Of a stretch of DNA of 46,654 nt, positions 1 to 9,893 are shown piece by piece. Made by a program: the position numbers and the translations under genes. Source of the DNA: a virus; the IMG/VR virus record IMGVR_UViG_3300013936_000004; one strand, written 5' to 3'. Each line of letters opens with the position of its first letter. Within the stretch, counting starts at the first letter, position 1. The notes beneath the pieces are model-generated. The model had not been told where the DNA came from. It searched no databases and was given only the letters and a program-made list of their open reading frames with translations.

Positions 1-62
1 GGAGAAGCAGTAGTTTCCAAAGGAATTGGAGAAGCAGTTGTTTCCAAAGGAATTTTTGTTGC
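1..62. repeat. Terminal 62-nt sequence identical to 46593..46654, indicating circular or permuted contig ends
   Basis: Direct comparison: ggagaagcagtagtttccaaaggaattggagaagcagttgtttccaaaggaatttttgttgc occurs at both ends. The variant tttgttgc is seen only there. The minus-strand reading frame is continuous across the join. Confidence 0.85.
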
Positions 63-126
63 AGGAGTTTCCAAAGGAATTGTTGTAGCAGGCGTTTCCA
101 AAGGAATTGTTGTAGCATTTTCTTCC
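1..126 (-). repeat. 27-bp tandem repeat units (core tttccaaaggaatt), continuing the array at 46227..46654
   Basis: The same 14-nt constant core plus a 13-nt variable segment is visible at 1-126. It lies inside the fibre-like CDS. Confidence 0.9.
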
Positions 127-1005
127 GAAACCCATATCATGGCTGTTTATGCCTATTTTGTTACCATATACTTGGTAATTTGATGCTAAGTAATCTTCCG
201 AAAAAAATGGAATAAAAAATATAAAATTCAAGGATAACCTACTTATTATATCTTCATCATCTTTTATGAAAGTTTCAAAATTTTCCTTTATGATATTATT
301 GTTAGGAATAGTGGTATATATATCATCATCTCCTTTCAATCCTATAACTGATGCATCGTAAGATGTTTCTTGTCCATCTACTAACGAAAAAGTATATGCA
401 TAAATGAATGAAGTTGTCTTTTTCATATTATTCATGTTTGCCGATAGGTGATAAGGCACATCCATCTTATTATCGTAGTAATCTTGCATTTTTTCCCATA
501 AGGGGTCAGTTTCATCTACTGCATATATTTTATATTGTATATTCTTGAAATCGTAGAAACACTCGTTGTCCCACTCATCTTTCATCCACCAAACAACACC
601 CTTTCCGTTGGTTGTATCTGCCCAAGCAAAGCGGTTTGTGTCGTTGTCCAAGCAGTATTTCAGTTCCCAAGCACTCAACTTGCATCCACTGAAATAGGTG
701 TCCCCTTTGTGTTGTATCGCTTTGGCATTCTCGTTGAGTACATTCACATCGTCTGCCTTGACAATCACATCAAAGGCGTGCCCTGCACTCCGTGTGTCTG
801 TCTGTACACTTGTAGTCACAAAGTCAGTTATTCGATACCTCCTGCCTGCAACAAGTTTGCTCCCATCCCTCAACGCTTTGAGGTCGGCATAAGTGATGCT
901 TACCATTGGATTGAGAGCATTCTGCACTGCCGCTATTTGCTCCTTAACCCAAGTCTTTATTTTCTTTGAAAAGGTCGTTAAACCCGAATTATTTAGATAT
1001 CCCAT
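1..1005 (-). CDS. 5' part (335 codons) of a ~550-aa tail-fibre/receptor-binding-like protein with NSFGNxCxx nonapeptide repeats. It runs off the window start and continues at 46592..45945
   Basis: ATG at 1005..1003, 3 nt after the stop of the upstream gene. My manual translation found no stop down to position 1 (MGYLNNSGLTTFSKKIKTWVKEQ...). The ORF track omits it because it has no in-window stop. Its phase equals that of the 45945..46217 ORF once the 62-nt overlap is removed. Confidence 0.8.
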   Translation of the reverse strand, partial: MGYLNNSGLTTFSKKIKTWVKEQIAAVQNALNPMVSITYADLKALRDGSKLVAGRRYRITDFVTTSVQTDTRSAGHAFDVIVKADDVNVLNENAKAIQHKGDTYFSGCKLSAWELKYCLDNDTNRFAWADTTNGKGVVWWMKDEWDNECFYDFKNIQYKIYAVDETDPLWEKMQDYYDNKMDVPYHLSANMNNMKKTTSFIYAYTFSLVDGQETSYDASVIGLKGDDDIYTTIPNNNIIKENFETFIKDDEDIISRLSLNFIFFIPFFSEDYLASNYQVYGNKIGINSHDMGFGRKCYNNSFGNACYNNSFGNSCNKNSFGNNCFSNSFGNYCFS

Positions 1006-1008
1006 TTT

Positions 1009-1446
1009 TTATTCCTCCTTTTTGTCTTTATTGTATTCCTCGTATGCTTCTTCCCTTTGCTTGTCAGTGAGGTAGAACCCATTGTTTGCTATGTAAGAAT
1101 TGTAGATGATTTCTTGATACTTGTGTCTTGCATCGAGTTTAGGCAAGTATGCATCCGCAAAGGCTTTTAAGTCCTCAATAGTTAGCCCTATTTCGTTTGC
1201 AAAGTCAGTGACCAAGAATTTGCCGAATTCAAGTCCGCTTGCTTGTTCCCTCTGTGCAAATGCTAATAGTTCCTTTTTTGTTTTGACTGCCCAAAGGAAC
1301 TCACATCTGCCACTCATAGAGGATTGCTTGTAGTGCTTGAAATCCGTGTTCTCGTCAGTCCATACGAGTGTGTCAGTGTCTTTAGATTGAAAACCCTCAA
1401 TCGGGCTGAAAAAGGCTCTACTGCCTACTATAAATCTCTTTTCCAT
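1009..1446 (-). CDS. Hypothetical protein (145 aa), tail module
   Basis: ATG-initiated ORF tightly packed between neighbouring genes. No motif recognised. Confidence 0.6.
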   Translation of the reverse strand: MEKRFIVGSRAFFSPIEGFQSKDTDTLVWTDENTDFKHYKQSSMSGRCEFLWAVKTKKELLAFAQREQASGLEFGKFLVTDFANEIGLTIEDLKAFADAYLPKLDARHKYQEIIYNSYIANNGFYLTDKQREEAYEEYNKDKKEE

Positions 1447-1447
1447 A

Positions 1448-1846
1448 TTATGCTTCCTCCCATATTTTAGTTATCTCTGCATCGGCGATTGTTGCAGAGG
1501 TGTCGAGTTTGTTCGCATACACCTCGTTTATCGCTCCGACAATCGTCTTTGCAGTGGTCTGCAAGGTCTTGTCTGTGATGTACTGCTTGTTCGCTACATC
1601 GTTGAGAATGGCTTGTACCTCAACGGATAACTTGTCTTCGGTTATCTCACCCTCGAAATTCGCAAGTGCTTCTATGTTCGCCCTCGCTTGTGCTTTCTGT
1701 TCCTCTGTGTACTCTTGTGGGTTAATCTCACCCAAAGCATCCACCATCGCCAAGAGGACAGCCTGCAAGATTGGACCCGTAATCTCTCCGCGTCCGTTCT
1801 CCTTAACCTTTTTGGCTATAAGGTCTTTTAGTTGCTCGTAATTCAT
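1448..1846 (-). CDS. Hypothetical tail-associated protein (132 aa)
   Basis: ATG ORF in the tail module. It has a helical N-terminus with a QARANIEAL segment like those often seen in fibre proteins. Assignment rests on position only. Confidence 0.55.
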   Translation of the reverse strand: MNYEQLKDLIAKKVKENGRGEITGPILQAVLLAMVDALGEINPQEYTEEQKAQARANIEALANFEGEITEDKLSVEVQAILNDVANKQYITDKTLQTTAKTIVGAINEVYANKLDTSATIADAEITKIWEEA

Positions 1847-1859
1847 AATGCATTATTTT

Positions 1860-3038
1860 TTAATTGTTTATAATTTTTGAAACGGCTACCCCCTTGCCTA
1901 TTTTCTTTACTACTGAATTGGTTGTGAACTCACATGCTACCTCTGCCAAGTATCCCTGCTCCTGCCAAGTAGGTGTAATCAAAAACGATGTAGCATCGTA
2001 TGTCCATTCGTTTGTCACTATCTGTATATGGTCGCTCAATCGAATGAAACGCATTACATCGCATACCTCTTCGGGTGCAAGGATGTTGAACCTATACCGC
2101 TTGTAAGATACTTGACTGATTGGAAACTGATACCCACTGCGCTCTGCTACTTCTTCCTCGAACTCATAATCGGGCATACCTATCTCCGCATCAAAGTACA
2201 TTATATTTTTATATCCATTGGAATAGACGACTGCTCCTGCATCGAACTCCAAGTCCTCGTCATCCCACCATCTTATCTCCATACACGCACTGCACCACCC
2301 AAAATAAGCCGAATACCACTCGTTGTCATCTTCGTCTACTACCTTTACATACATCTTTGTAGGATGCTTATCTGTTGTGAGTACTACATTTCCGTTATAA
2401 CAGATGTAATCATAGTCACCTTTGTTAACGATATTGAATTTCGATATGTCAAGTGTGGTTATCTGCTCATCTGTATCCGCATCAAAGATGCTAACGCTCT
2501 CCAATGGCACTGGTGCTTCTACGGCTTTGAAATAAGTTGCGTTCTCTCCTCCCGTATATTGTAATATATAGATAGTATCCGCGTCCTGTGGTATGGTTAT
2601 GTATCCGCTCCAAGTCTTTGCTCCAAGAGGTACGGGATTGAGTGTTTTAATTACTTCTCCGCCTGTGTTGAGAAAGGCTATGGAAGTACCTTGTATTTGC
2701 TCACTCAAACCCGAATAGAATGGCGGTGTAGGTAGGTTCTCGATATAGATGTACTTCGTGTCCAATCCGTGCGTTTCGATACTACCCACGCCCGATTTAG
2801 AGGATGCATTCTCTATAAGATTGCCATCTTTGTCCAAATAGGCATTGTCTATGTAGTCTGCGGTTATCTCCGTCGAGGTCTTTTGTATAGAGGTTGTAGC
2901 CTCCCTTTGGATTTGAAAAGGCAATATGCGCTTATTCGGGGTTAAATAAACATAATCCCGACCAAAAGCATACCATTTTTTCTGCTCTATTTTATCGTCG
3001 TAAAAAGGAAGAGGAGAAAAGTTATTTTTGTTACTCAT
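1860..3038 (-). CDS. Tail/baseplate-region structural protein (392 aa)
   Basis: Long ATG ORF downstream of the tape measure and the large tail protein. No catalytic motif. Confidence 0.65.
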   Translation of the reverse strand: MSNKNNFSPLPFYDDKIEQKKWYAFGRDYVYLTPNKRILPFQIQREATTSIQKTSTEITADYIDNAYLDKDGNLIENASSKSGVGSIETHGLDTKYIYIENLPTPPFYSGLSEQIQGTSIAFLNTGGEVIKTLNPVPLGAKTWSGYITIPQDADTIYILQYTGGENATYFKAVEAPVPLESVSIFDADTDEQITTLDISKFNIVNKGDYDYICYNGNVVLTTDKHPTKMYVKVVDEDDNEWYSAYFGWCSACMEIRWWDDEDLEFDAGAVVYSNGYKNIMYFDAEIGMPDYEFEEEVAERSGYQFPISQVSYKRYRFNILAPEEVCDVMRFIRLSDHIQIVTNEWTYDATSFLITPTWQEQGYLAEVACEFTTNSVVKKIGKGVAVSKIINN

Positions 3039-3099
3039 AATTATATTGGTTTAATTGACAAAGAGTAACCCTTTCTCCTTATCGCAAAGGTAGTAATTT

Positions 3100-5259
3100 T
3101 TATTTAGGTGTGAAAATTAAATCAATTTCTAACATTTGGGTATCTAAATTCATTTCCACTTTATCTATCTGCCCATCTCCGATACCTGTATGAATTAACT
3201 TATACAAGTCAAAATCAAAGTAAGGGCAAGAGATGCTCTGCTTCATAGATTTTTTCACTCCGTTGCTCTTCTTTTCCTTGTCGTTCACCTCGATGTTCCA
3301 CGCCGGCATATCATAGAGGTAGTAGGTTTGTAGGGCGTAAAAGGACAAAAACCCGTTTTGTAGGACAATATCGTCCGCGATGGTATAGTAAGCCACTTTC
3401 CATTTTCCCTCGCTTTCTACGGCACTTAAAAGGGCAAATCCGTCACTTTGCGCCGCACTCGGATTGAATAGCATATAATCAATATCCGAATTGAAGTCAT
3501 CTATGGTGATGCTCTCCACATCTCCGCTTTTCACATACTTGCTCTTTATCTCTATCGGGTTGCCCTCAAAGTATGAAGTCGTATCGTCTACCCACTTGAA
3601 TTCGTATCTTTCGGGTAGTTCGTCCTTGTCATAAGATGCAGTGTTCACTCCGAAACTCCAAGCCTTTCCCGTTCTCGGATTGACAAGTTTTGTCAAATCA
3701 AGCCCAATTTGAGGGTTTGAAAAATATGCTCCGCCGTTCATAAAGTAAGATATATGCTCTATCCTCAATCGGTAGTTGTTGCCACTCACCTGCTCTAACC
3801 ACCAATAGCATCTAAATGCATCTCGGAGCATATCGAGTATCTTCCTTAATGTAATCTTCGCTTTTTGCGCAGGCTGGCTATACTCTCCTGCCAAGATATT
3901 ACTCTTTGGCGTCAAGAATAGACTGAACGCCTGCTGACTTATCGGATTGTAAGTGTCGTACAAGAATTGGCTATACGCCTTTGTCCCTTTGAAGTCTACC
4001 GAATATCCGCTATCCTTTGTAATCTTACTCAATAAAGTATCTATCACCGACCACAACGGATATGCATCCTTAAATGTGTATTCTTTGCGGAAAAGTGGCT
4101 CGTATAGGTCGTCCAATAAGTCAAATCTGAACCAATACGATACCTGCGTCCAATAGGTCTGCGCAATAGGATAGTAGTCCTTTATACCCGTGCTCCCTCC
4201 GTGTGGAGGTTTAACATAATACTGATTGTCCTTATAAAACCATTGTGTCGGAGAAGTGCTGAACTCGTCCCAAATCACAATCGTATCGGGGAAGTCGTAT
4301 GCAAGTACCCTATGGAAATTCCTATTGTCACTCACCATATCTTCATACGATAGTGCAGAAGTGGTCATTGTTTCCCCTGCAATCGTATAACTCTCTACAT
4401 CGCATATAAGCCTCGCATAAAAGGCTATGTCGTGGATGTAAAGAATTACATTACCCGTTGCACCACTATCGCTGACGGGAAGTAAAGTTATATCTGCATC
4501 AAATGGAATATCCCCTGCGATAAATACTGCCCTCCATAAAACAACCCTATCTGTTTTCCTTACAATCTCCAAGAACGAACCCGTCGATGCTACTTTCCGC
4601 GCTTGGACAATATATGTGCTATCGGAAATCTGCCATTCGGTATTACTTGCCGGCTTATCCCCTATAATGATATTAGGTAGTTTGGGCGTCATATCCCCCG
4701 AAATCTCTATTAATCTCTTATTGAAAAATTTAGCAAAGTGGTACTTGTCTGTCAAGTCGCTATCGCTTTCTATCGTTTCGCAATCCTGCTCCCAAGTCAT
4801 ACCCTGAAAGAAACACGATACTTTATCCTCGCCCATAGCATAGATTTGTATCATACTGCGCTTGTCGAGCGATACGGCCTGCTTGCGTGGTAGTATCTTA
4901 ATCAAGTCATATTCCTTTTCAACCCCATCAAGCACCGCACTATATGCATCCTTTGTTTCAAGATTGAGGGTGAAAAGCCTATCGTCTATGTTGAACTCGC
5001 AATCCGTCTTGTAAAAAGTACCTGTCCAATATAACCCGTAATCCGAATAGATTATAAGATTGAACTTTGTTTCTATATCTGCGTTATACACAAAGTCGAA
5101 GTCTTCCCCTACAAAAGTAAACTCCCCCGAAAGACTTTGACGGAAATACTGCTCATTCGCATCGTGCGACCATTTCATTGTGCAATTATTCCCGAATATA
5201 GGATGCGCCGTTATTCGTATTTTTGGAGTTTGTAAATAAAATCCGTATTTTGGTTTCAT
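3100..5259 (-). CDS. Large tail-tip/distal tail structural protein (719 aa)
   Basis: 719-aa ORF immediately downstream of the tape measure gene (4-nt gap). This is the typical position for tail-tip proteins. Confidence 0.65.
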   Translation of the reverse strand: MKPKYGFYLQTPKIRITAHPIFGNNCTMKWSHDANEQYFRQSLSGEFTFVGEDFDFVYNADIETKFNLIIYSDYGLYWTGTFYKTDCEFNIDDRLFTLNLETKDAYSAVLDGVEKEYDLIKILPRKQAVSLDKRSMIQIYAMGEDKVSCFFQGMTWEQDCETIESDSDLTDKYHFAKFFNKRLIEISGDMTPKLPNIIIGDKPASNTEWQISDSTYIVQARKVASTGSFLEIVRKTDRVVLWRAVFIAGDIPFDADITLLPVSDSGATGNVILYIHDIAFYARLICDVESYTIAGETMTTSALSYEDMVSDNRNFHRVLAYDFPDTIVIWDEFSTSPTQWFYKDNQYYVKPPHGGSTGIKDYYPIAQTYWTQVSYWFRFDLLDDLYEPLFRKEYTFKDAYPLWSVIDTLLSKITKDSGYSVDFKGTKAYSQFLYDTYNPISQQAFSLFLTPKSNILAGEYSQPAQKAKITLRKILDMLRDAFRCYWWLEQVSGNNYRLRIEHISYFMNGGAYFSNPQIGLDLTKLVNPRTGKAWSFGVNTASYDKDELPERYEFKWVDDTTSYFEGNPIEIKSKYVKSGDVESITIDDFNSDIDYMLFNPSAAQSDGFALLSAVESEGKWKVAYYTIADDIVLQNGFLSFYALQTYYLYDMPAWNIEVNDKEKKSNGVKKSMKQSISCPYFDFDLYKLIHTGIGDGQIDKVEMNLDTQMLEIDLIFTPK

Positions 5260-5262
5260 AGC

Positions 5263-8223
5263 CTAACTTATTATTTTCTTTGTGTTCTTGTAATATATTA
5301 TCGTCTTTCCGCCCGATGTAAGCACTTTCTGCCCACCCTGCTCTACTAACTCGCTTACACCCTTTTCGAGTTTACGCAAGTCTGCTCCTTGTGGCACAAT
5401 ATCGCTACCCACAAAAGCATTGCCGTACAAATTCTCGAAAGTGCCGTGATTTAACGAAGAAATGATGTCGGATACCTTACTAACGCCGTACTTGCGTACA
5501 TTGCGCTTGTTGATTACTCCAATCATCTCTCCTCTTTCAACCCTGCGTCTTGTCCCATCGGGTTTTACTCCGAAATCTATGTCGTGCCCACTTGCGTGCG
5601 AACCACCATAATCCAAGTACTCACTCATACCCTCTCCGTAACTCTCGCTTTGCATCTTTGTGAGTTGTACCGCCTTTATCTTTGCTGCTGCAAATGAACC
5701 CCACATAGCCGCCGTTGCCGCTACTGCTAATGGAATACCCAATACTCCTTTCGTGCCCTCTGCTTTCCATATACTCGCCGTTGCGGTTACAAGACTGCTT
5801 ATCTGTTGTGCAGTGTCTGCGGCTTCCTGCACCTTTTGTAACTCTAATACATCTTGTGCGGCTTTCTTTGCAATCTTATGCTTCTCCTCGTACTCCTTTC
5901 GTGCATATTCCACATTGTTAGCGTATCCGTTTGCCCTTGCTTCGAGTTCATAGTCAAGTGCACTCTTTGCTGCATCCTGCTCGGCTTGTGCCGCTTCTTC
6001 CGCTATTTCTGCCATCTTTATTCGCGTTTCAATCCATTCGTTCATATACTTGAACGACTGATTAAAGTACCTCTCCATAGTGCGCCACTTTCGGTCTGCC
6101 GTTTTATCTTCTTCGTCCGTTGGGTCGGTCGCATTGGTAGACTTACTCCTCAACGCATTCAACCTCTCCATTATCTTGTTGTACTCGTCAATCGTCAGCG
6201 TACCGCTTTCAGTAAGCAATCGGAGGTAATCCTCCCAATACTGAATGTCGGATGCAAGTAACTTGTTGTTAGTTTCCTGCTTAATGGTTTCAATATCCTC
6301 ACCTGCCTTTCTGCGCTCTTCCATCTCGGCATAGATAGCACTATTCCTAACGGCTTTCTCCTGCTCTACCTGCTTCTTGATTAAAGACACATCCTCCTCT
6401 GCAATATATTCATCTTCAACCGCTACGGGTTCGGTTTTAAGTAACTCTTCGCGCTCGGCCTTGTATTTAGATGTAGTATTGCCCATTATTGCTTCTATAT
6501 AGGCTAACTGCGTTTCTATTTGCTTCTTATCTTTCGCATCGGCGGTCTTCTGCTTCTCCAAGAGTTCGGCGCGAATGTCCTCGTATTGCTTCATCTCCTT
6601 TTTGTAGGATAGTTGCAACTGCGCAAGTTGTTTGGTTAGCCCGTCTTCCATAGCATCGATAACGGACTGCCACATATCGAAGTAATAGTCCTTTATCTCA
6701 TTCTTTCCGTTTCCACTGCCACTGCCACCTGCATTGTCATCAATTAAGCCAAAGCCCGATACTTTTTCTCTCAATTTTTCCTGCGCTTCATCGAGGTTAC
6801 TTATCGTTTTAGTGTATTTTTCATCAAACTTATTTAATTCAGTTTGGGCTTTTGTAAGTGCAAGCATTGCGTAGTCCATCACAGAGGGAACTATTAGCTT
6901 GTCCTCAGATTTCAGCTCTTTTATAGCTTGGTAATCGGATTGCGCCCGCTCAACTTTTTTTGCAAGTTCTGGGCGTCCTTTTTCATATGCAATTTCCGTT
7001 TGCAGTCTTTGGGTTTCTAATTTCGTTATCTCTTCAAGATACGCTTGCGCTCTCGCTTTTTTGATAAGGCTCTCGGTTAGATTGTCGTAAGCCGTCTTTG
7101 CTTGACCTGCAACAATTACCTCCGCATCCATATTCCCCAAGTAATCGGGATATAACCTTTGCAGTTCCTTTGCAACGGCTAAACGCTCGCTATACGCCCT
7201 CGTTTGGTCTTGGGTAATCTCATACATCGTCTTTGCCTTTGATGCCGCCTTTGCGCCTGCTTCTGCCGCTTTGAGTTCTGCATCCGCAAGTTCTTCCTCC
7301 AAGTCGATAGTTTCTTCAAGCACATTATTGTACTTCTCCTGCTCTTTGCGCTTTTTGGAAAGATGGCGGAGCACCAAAGGAAGAACTGTCAATACCGCAA
7401 CTAATGCTAATTGCCATAGATTGGTCTTTGACACAAGCAACCTCATCACAGAAAGGTTCTTATTCTCTGCCATTTCTGCTCTGAGTGCGGCGGCTTTCTC
7501 TGCTTCTCCTGCGGCTTCTGCGGCTGCAATTTGCTTCAATGTTTCAACTCTTAAAGACTTCACATTTCCGATGTAATCCATAAGAATAGGGATGTTGTTC
7601 GATATGGCTATCGCAAAGGTCGCTGGGCTATTGGCAAGTGTTGGCAACTCTCGGATTACCTGCGTTGTGGCTATATTCAATCCGTTAATAGCTTTTGAAT
7701 AGTTACCTACCTGCAACTGATACTTTCCTGTTGCTTGTTGCATCATATTCATCCTCTCATACATCTCTTTGAGTTGCTCGACCATTTTCTTTCCTGCATC
7801 GGTGTTCTCCCTTTCGGCTTGCGTCATATTGTTCACAAGTGTTTTGAGGGTGTTGTATTGGGCTTGCAAGCGGTCATACGACCCCTCTCTTGTGCGCTCT
7901 AACTCGGTAGATAGTTGTAGTACCCTATTGCGCTCTCTATTGCTCTTGTTGAGGGCTTGTATTGCTTCGTCATAGAGGTCCACATCTACTTCAAGGCTTT
8001 TGTAAATCTCGCGAAGTTTGTCTAATTGGTCTATTTGTGGTTTTACATTTGTTCCACTGCCTGCGGTCTTGATTTGCCCTCCAAGACTGGCAATCTCTTT
8101 CTTCATCTCCTCGATAGATGCCTGCGTCTGCGCTTGCAACTGCTTGATTTGGTTTATCCACGCATCAAAACCCTCTCGTACATCGGGGCTGACTATGTCA
8201 CTATATTTTATTGGGTTTTCCAT
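5263..8223 (-). CDS. Tail tape measure protein (986 aa)
   Basis: Very long, Ala/Glu/Lys/Gln-rich sequence predicted to form coiled coil. It has hydrophobic segments (NLWQLALVAVLTVLPLVL; GVLGIPLAVAATAAMWGSFAAA). It sits between a chaperone-position gene and the tail-tip genes. Confidence 0.8.
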   Translation of the reverse strand: MENPIKYSDIVSPDVREGFDAWINQIKQLQAQTQASIEEMKKEIASLGGQIKTAGSGTNVKPQIDQLDKLREIYKSLEVDVDLYDEAIQALNKSNRERNRVLQLSTELERTREGSYDRLQAQYNTLKTLVNNMTQAERENTDAGKKMVEQLKEMYERMNMMQQATGKYQLQVGNYSKAINGLNIATTQVIRELPTLANSPATFAIAISNNIPILMDYIGNVKSLRVETLKQIAAAEAAGEAEKAAALRAEMAENKNLSVMRLLVSKTNLWQLALVAVLTVLPLVLRHLSKKRKEQEKYNNVLEETIDLEEELADAELKAAEAGAKAASKAKTMYEITQDQTRAYSERLAVAKELQRLYPDYLGNMDAEVIVAGQAKTAYDNLTESLIKKARAQAYLEEITKLETQRLQTEIAYEKGRPELAKKVERAQSDYQAIKELKSEDKLIVPSVMDYAMLALTKAQTELNKFDEKYTKTISNLDEAQEKLREKVSGFGLIDDNAGGSGSGNGKNEIKDYYFDMWQSVIDAMEDGLTKQLAQLQLSYKKEMKQYEDIRAELLEKQKTADAKDKKQIETQLAYIEAIMGNTTSKYKAEREELLKTEPVAVEDEYIAEEDVSLIKKQVEQEKAVRNSAIYAEMEERRKAGEDIETIKQETNNKLLASDIQYWEDYLRLLTESGTLTIDEYNKIMERLNALRSKSTNATDPTDEEDKTADRKWRTMERYFNQSFKYMNEWIETRIKMAEIAEEAAQAEQDAAKSALDYELEARANGYANNVEYARKEYEEKHKIAKKAAQDVLELQKVQEAADTAQQISSLVTATASIWKAEGTKGVLGIPLAVAATAAMWGSFAAAKIKAVQLTKMQSESYGEGMSEYLDYGGSHASGHDIDFGVKPDGTRRRVERGEMIGVINKRNVRKYGVSKVSDIISSLNHGTFENLYGNAFVGSDIVPQGADLRKLEKGVSELVEQGGQKVLTSGGKTIIYYKNTKKIIS

Positions 8224-8224
8224 A

Positions 8225-8980
8225 TTATTTCCTCCTTATTCGGTCTAATTCCTTATTTATTGCTTCTAATCGCTCGTAAGCGGAGTAATACTCCATTATT
8301 GTGTAGTCTTTGGCTTTACCACCAAACTCCTTACTGATTGCCAAGCACATCTGCTCAAACTGCTTGTCGAACTGCAATTCGGCACTCTCACTCCCCTCGA
8401 ATATCATTGGCTTGTATCCTATCGTCAAGAGTTCGGATAACTTCTTTATCTCGTCCTCGTGCGAACAATCGTTCACTATCTCGTCCACCTGCAACAAAGC
8501 GCGTTTGCGTGCATAGTCTAAAAGGTTCTTATTTTCGCCCTCAAACACTTTGGGGAAGTAATCCCTCAACTCGTCGTCTAATTGCTCTCTAATAGCCCTT
8601 TCTGCGTCTGCAAGGGCTATCTCTTTCTCCCCTATTACGAGTTCATACAACTTCTTCACTCCACTATCGCTGAAATCCTCCCATTTCTTCCCATCTACCG
8701 AATGGACGAAGTACATAAAGGCAACATGGCGAATATCCTGCTCTTGAAGTATCGTTACAAGGTTGTGACGCATATTCATCAATTCTTGCTTTGCTTTGTT
8801 TACATCGAAATCAATTAACTTCATAATCATCCCTATGTGCTCATCTACATCCGCTATGCTATCCCCAATCCCACTCGCTACAAGCATATACTTGCTATAC
8901 TTGTGAAATCGACTTATAGACATATCCTCTATGCTATCATAGAAGACGAACTTGTGTTTATTTATCTTTATCTCTCTCAT
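8225..8980 (-). CDS. Hypothetical protein in the tail-assembly-chaperone position (251 aa, MREIKINKHK...)
   Basis: The ATG at 8980 forms an ATGA overlap with the stop of the upstream 81-aa ORF. The longer track version (to 9088) starts at a non-ATG codon inside that ORF. The gene is directly upstream of the tape measure. Confidence 0.55.
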   Translation of the reverse strand: MREIKINKHKFVFYDSIEDMSISRFHKYSKYMLVASGIGDSIADVDEHIGMIMKLIDFDVNKAKQELMNMRHNLVTILQEQDIRHVAFMYFVHSVDGKKWEDFSDSGVKKLYELVIGEKEIALADAERAIREQLDDELRDYFPKVFEGENKNLLDYARKRALLQVDEIVNDCSHEDEIKKLSELLTIGYKPMIFEGSESAELQFDKQFEQMCLAISKEFGGKAKDYTIMEYYSAYERLEAINKELDRIRRK

Positions 8981-9222
8981 AGTACGGAACTGAATATCGG
9001 TATGAATAAAAAGTAAAGTGGAGCACCGAACAATACCAACACTCCACACACACCCAAAGCAAGCCAAAAGCCACGGCAAAACGCACAACTGAACAACTTA
9101 TAGAAGAAGTCATTTGGAGCGTGTGCCTGCAAAAACGAGAAAATACCCCATTTTTCCCCTAATGTTTGTAGAAATTTTACAAAAAGTGCCACTAAAAGCA
9201 CAAAACACACGAATGTAATCAT
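8977..9222 (-). CDS. Small membrane protein (81 aa)
   Basis: ATG ORF with ATGA overlaps at both ends. Three hydrophobic stretches and a CAFCRGFW motif. Confidence 0.55.
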   Translation of the reverse strand: MITFVCFVLLVALFVKFLQTLGEKWGIFSFLQAHAPNDFFYKLFSCAFCRGFWLALGVCGVLVLFGAPLYFLFIPIFSSVL

Positions 9223-9893
9223 ATCAAATCAACATCAAAATCAAGATTGTAATCCTTATCGTACGCACCTTTTAGGTATCTCGCAAGCCTATCTACATTG
9301 AAATCAAGATTGTAATCATCGTTGTAATCCCCAAATAAAGACTTCAAACACGGCACATTCACCCTCAAATCCCCATCTATCCTCAATCCTGCGTATGGAT
9401 GCATAAGAAATTGGTTCTCCTTATGGTCATAGTCGTACCCTTTGAACACATTTTGTGGTTGCTCATAAATATTCCCAAGAGTGTATGTAACCCCCTTTAA
9501 GTGATACTCCCCTAAAACGGCTATTATTTGCTCCTTTACGGCTTCTCTGTTGCGTGTAGCGGTCGAAGATGATACCTCGTCCACCTTAAACCAAAACACC
9601 ACTGAAAACGGACTTTTTAGCACACTCGCGCTCTTCTCCCATATCGTCTGTGGGTCGCGCAAATAAAAGAAACAAAAATTGCCAAGTTCCGCACACGGCA
9701 TTACTTGTATGTACCTGCCCTTTCGAGTATATACATTGGCGGATGTAAAGGCTTTCCCGTCTTTGCGCTCTACGAGTGTTTCTGTTAGTCCGAAGATGTT
9801 GTCTAACCATCCTATGTTCTGCGCAAGCCTTATCTGTATCTGCGCTATCGCCGCATCGAATAAACGGCTATCTTCTTTTATAAATACTTTCAT
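9219..9893 (-). CDS. Structural protein (224 aa), head-tail/tail region
   Basis: ATG ORF coupled to its neighbours. The C-terminus carries a duplicated DYNLDF(N/D)VD motif. Confidence 0.6.
   Translation of the reverse strand: MKVFIKEDSRLFDAAIAQIQIRLAQNIGWLDNIFGLTETLVERKDGKAFTSANVYTRKGRYIQVMPCAELGNFCFFYLRDPQTIWEKSASVLKSPFSVVFWFKVDEVSSSTATRNREAVKEQIIAVLGEYHLKGVTYTLGNIYEQPQNVFKGYDYDHKENQFLMHPYAGLRIDGDLRVNVPCLKSLFGDYNDDYNLDFNVDRLARYLKGAYDKDYNLDFDVDLI

Noticed and set aside
535-969. Plus-strand ORFs antisense to structural genes (for example 535..969, 2028..2564, 10609..11067, 40893..41399, 43862..44401)
   Set aside because: They lie entirely within longer, tightly coupled minus-strand genes and have Cys/Leu/Ser-rich shadow-ORF composition.
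8981-9088. N-terminal extension of the 8225.. ORF (track start at 9088)
   Set aside because: The extension uses a non-ATG start and lies inside the 81-aa membrane ORF. The ATG at 8980 gives the ATGA coupling seen throughout the operon.
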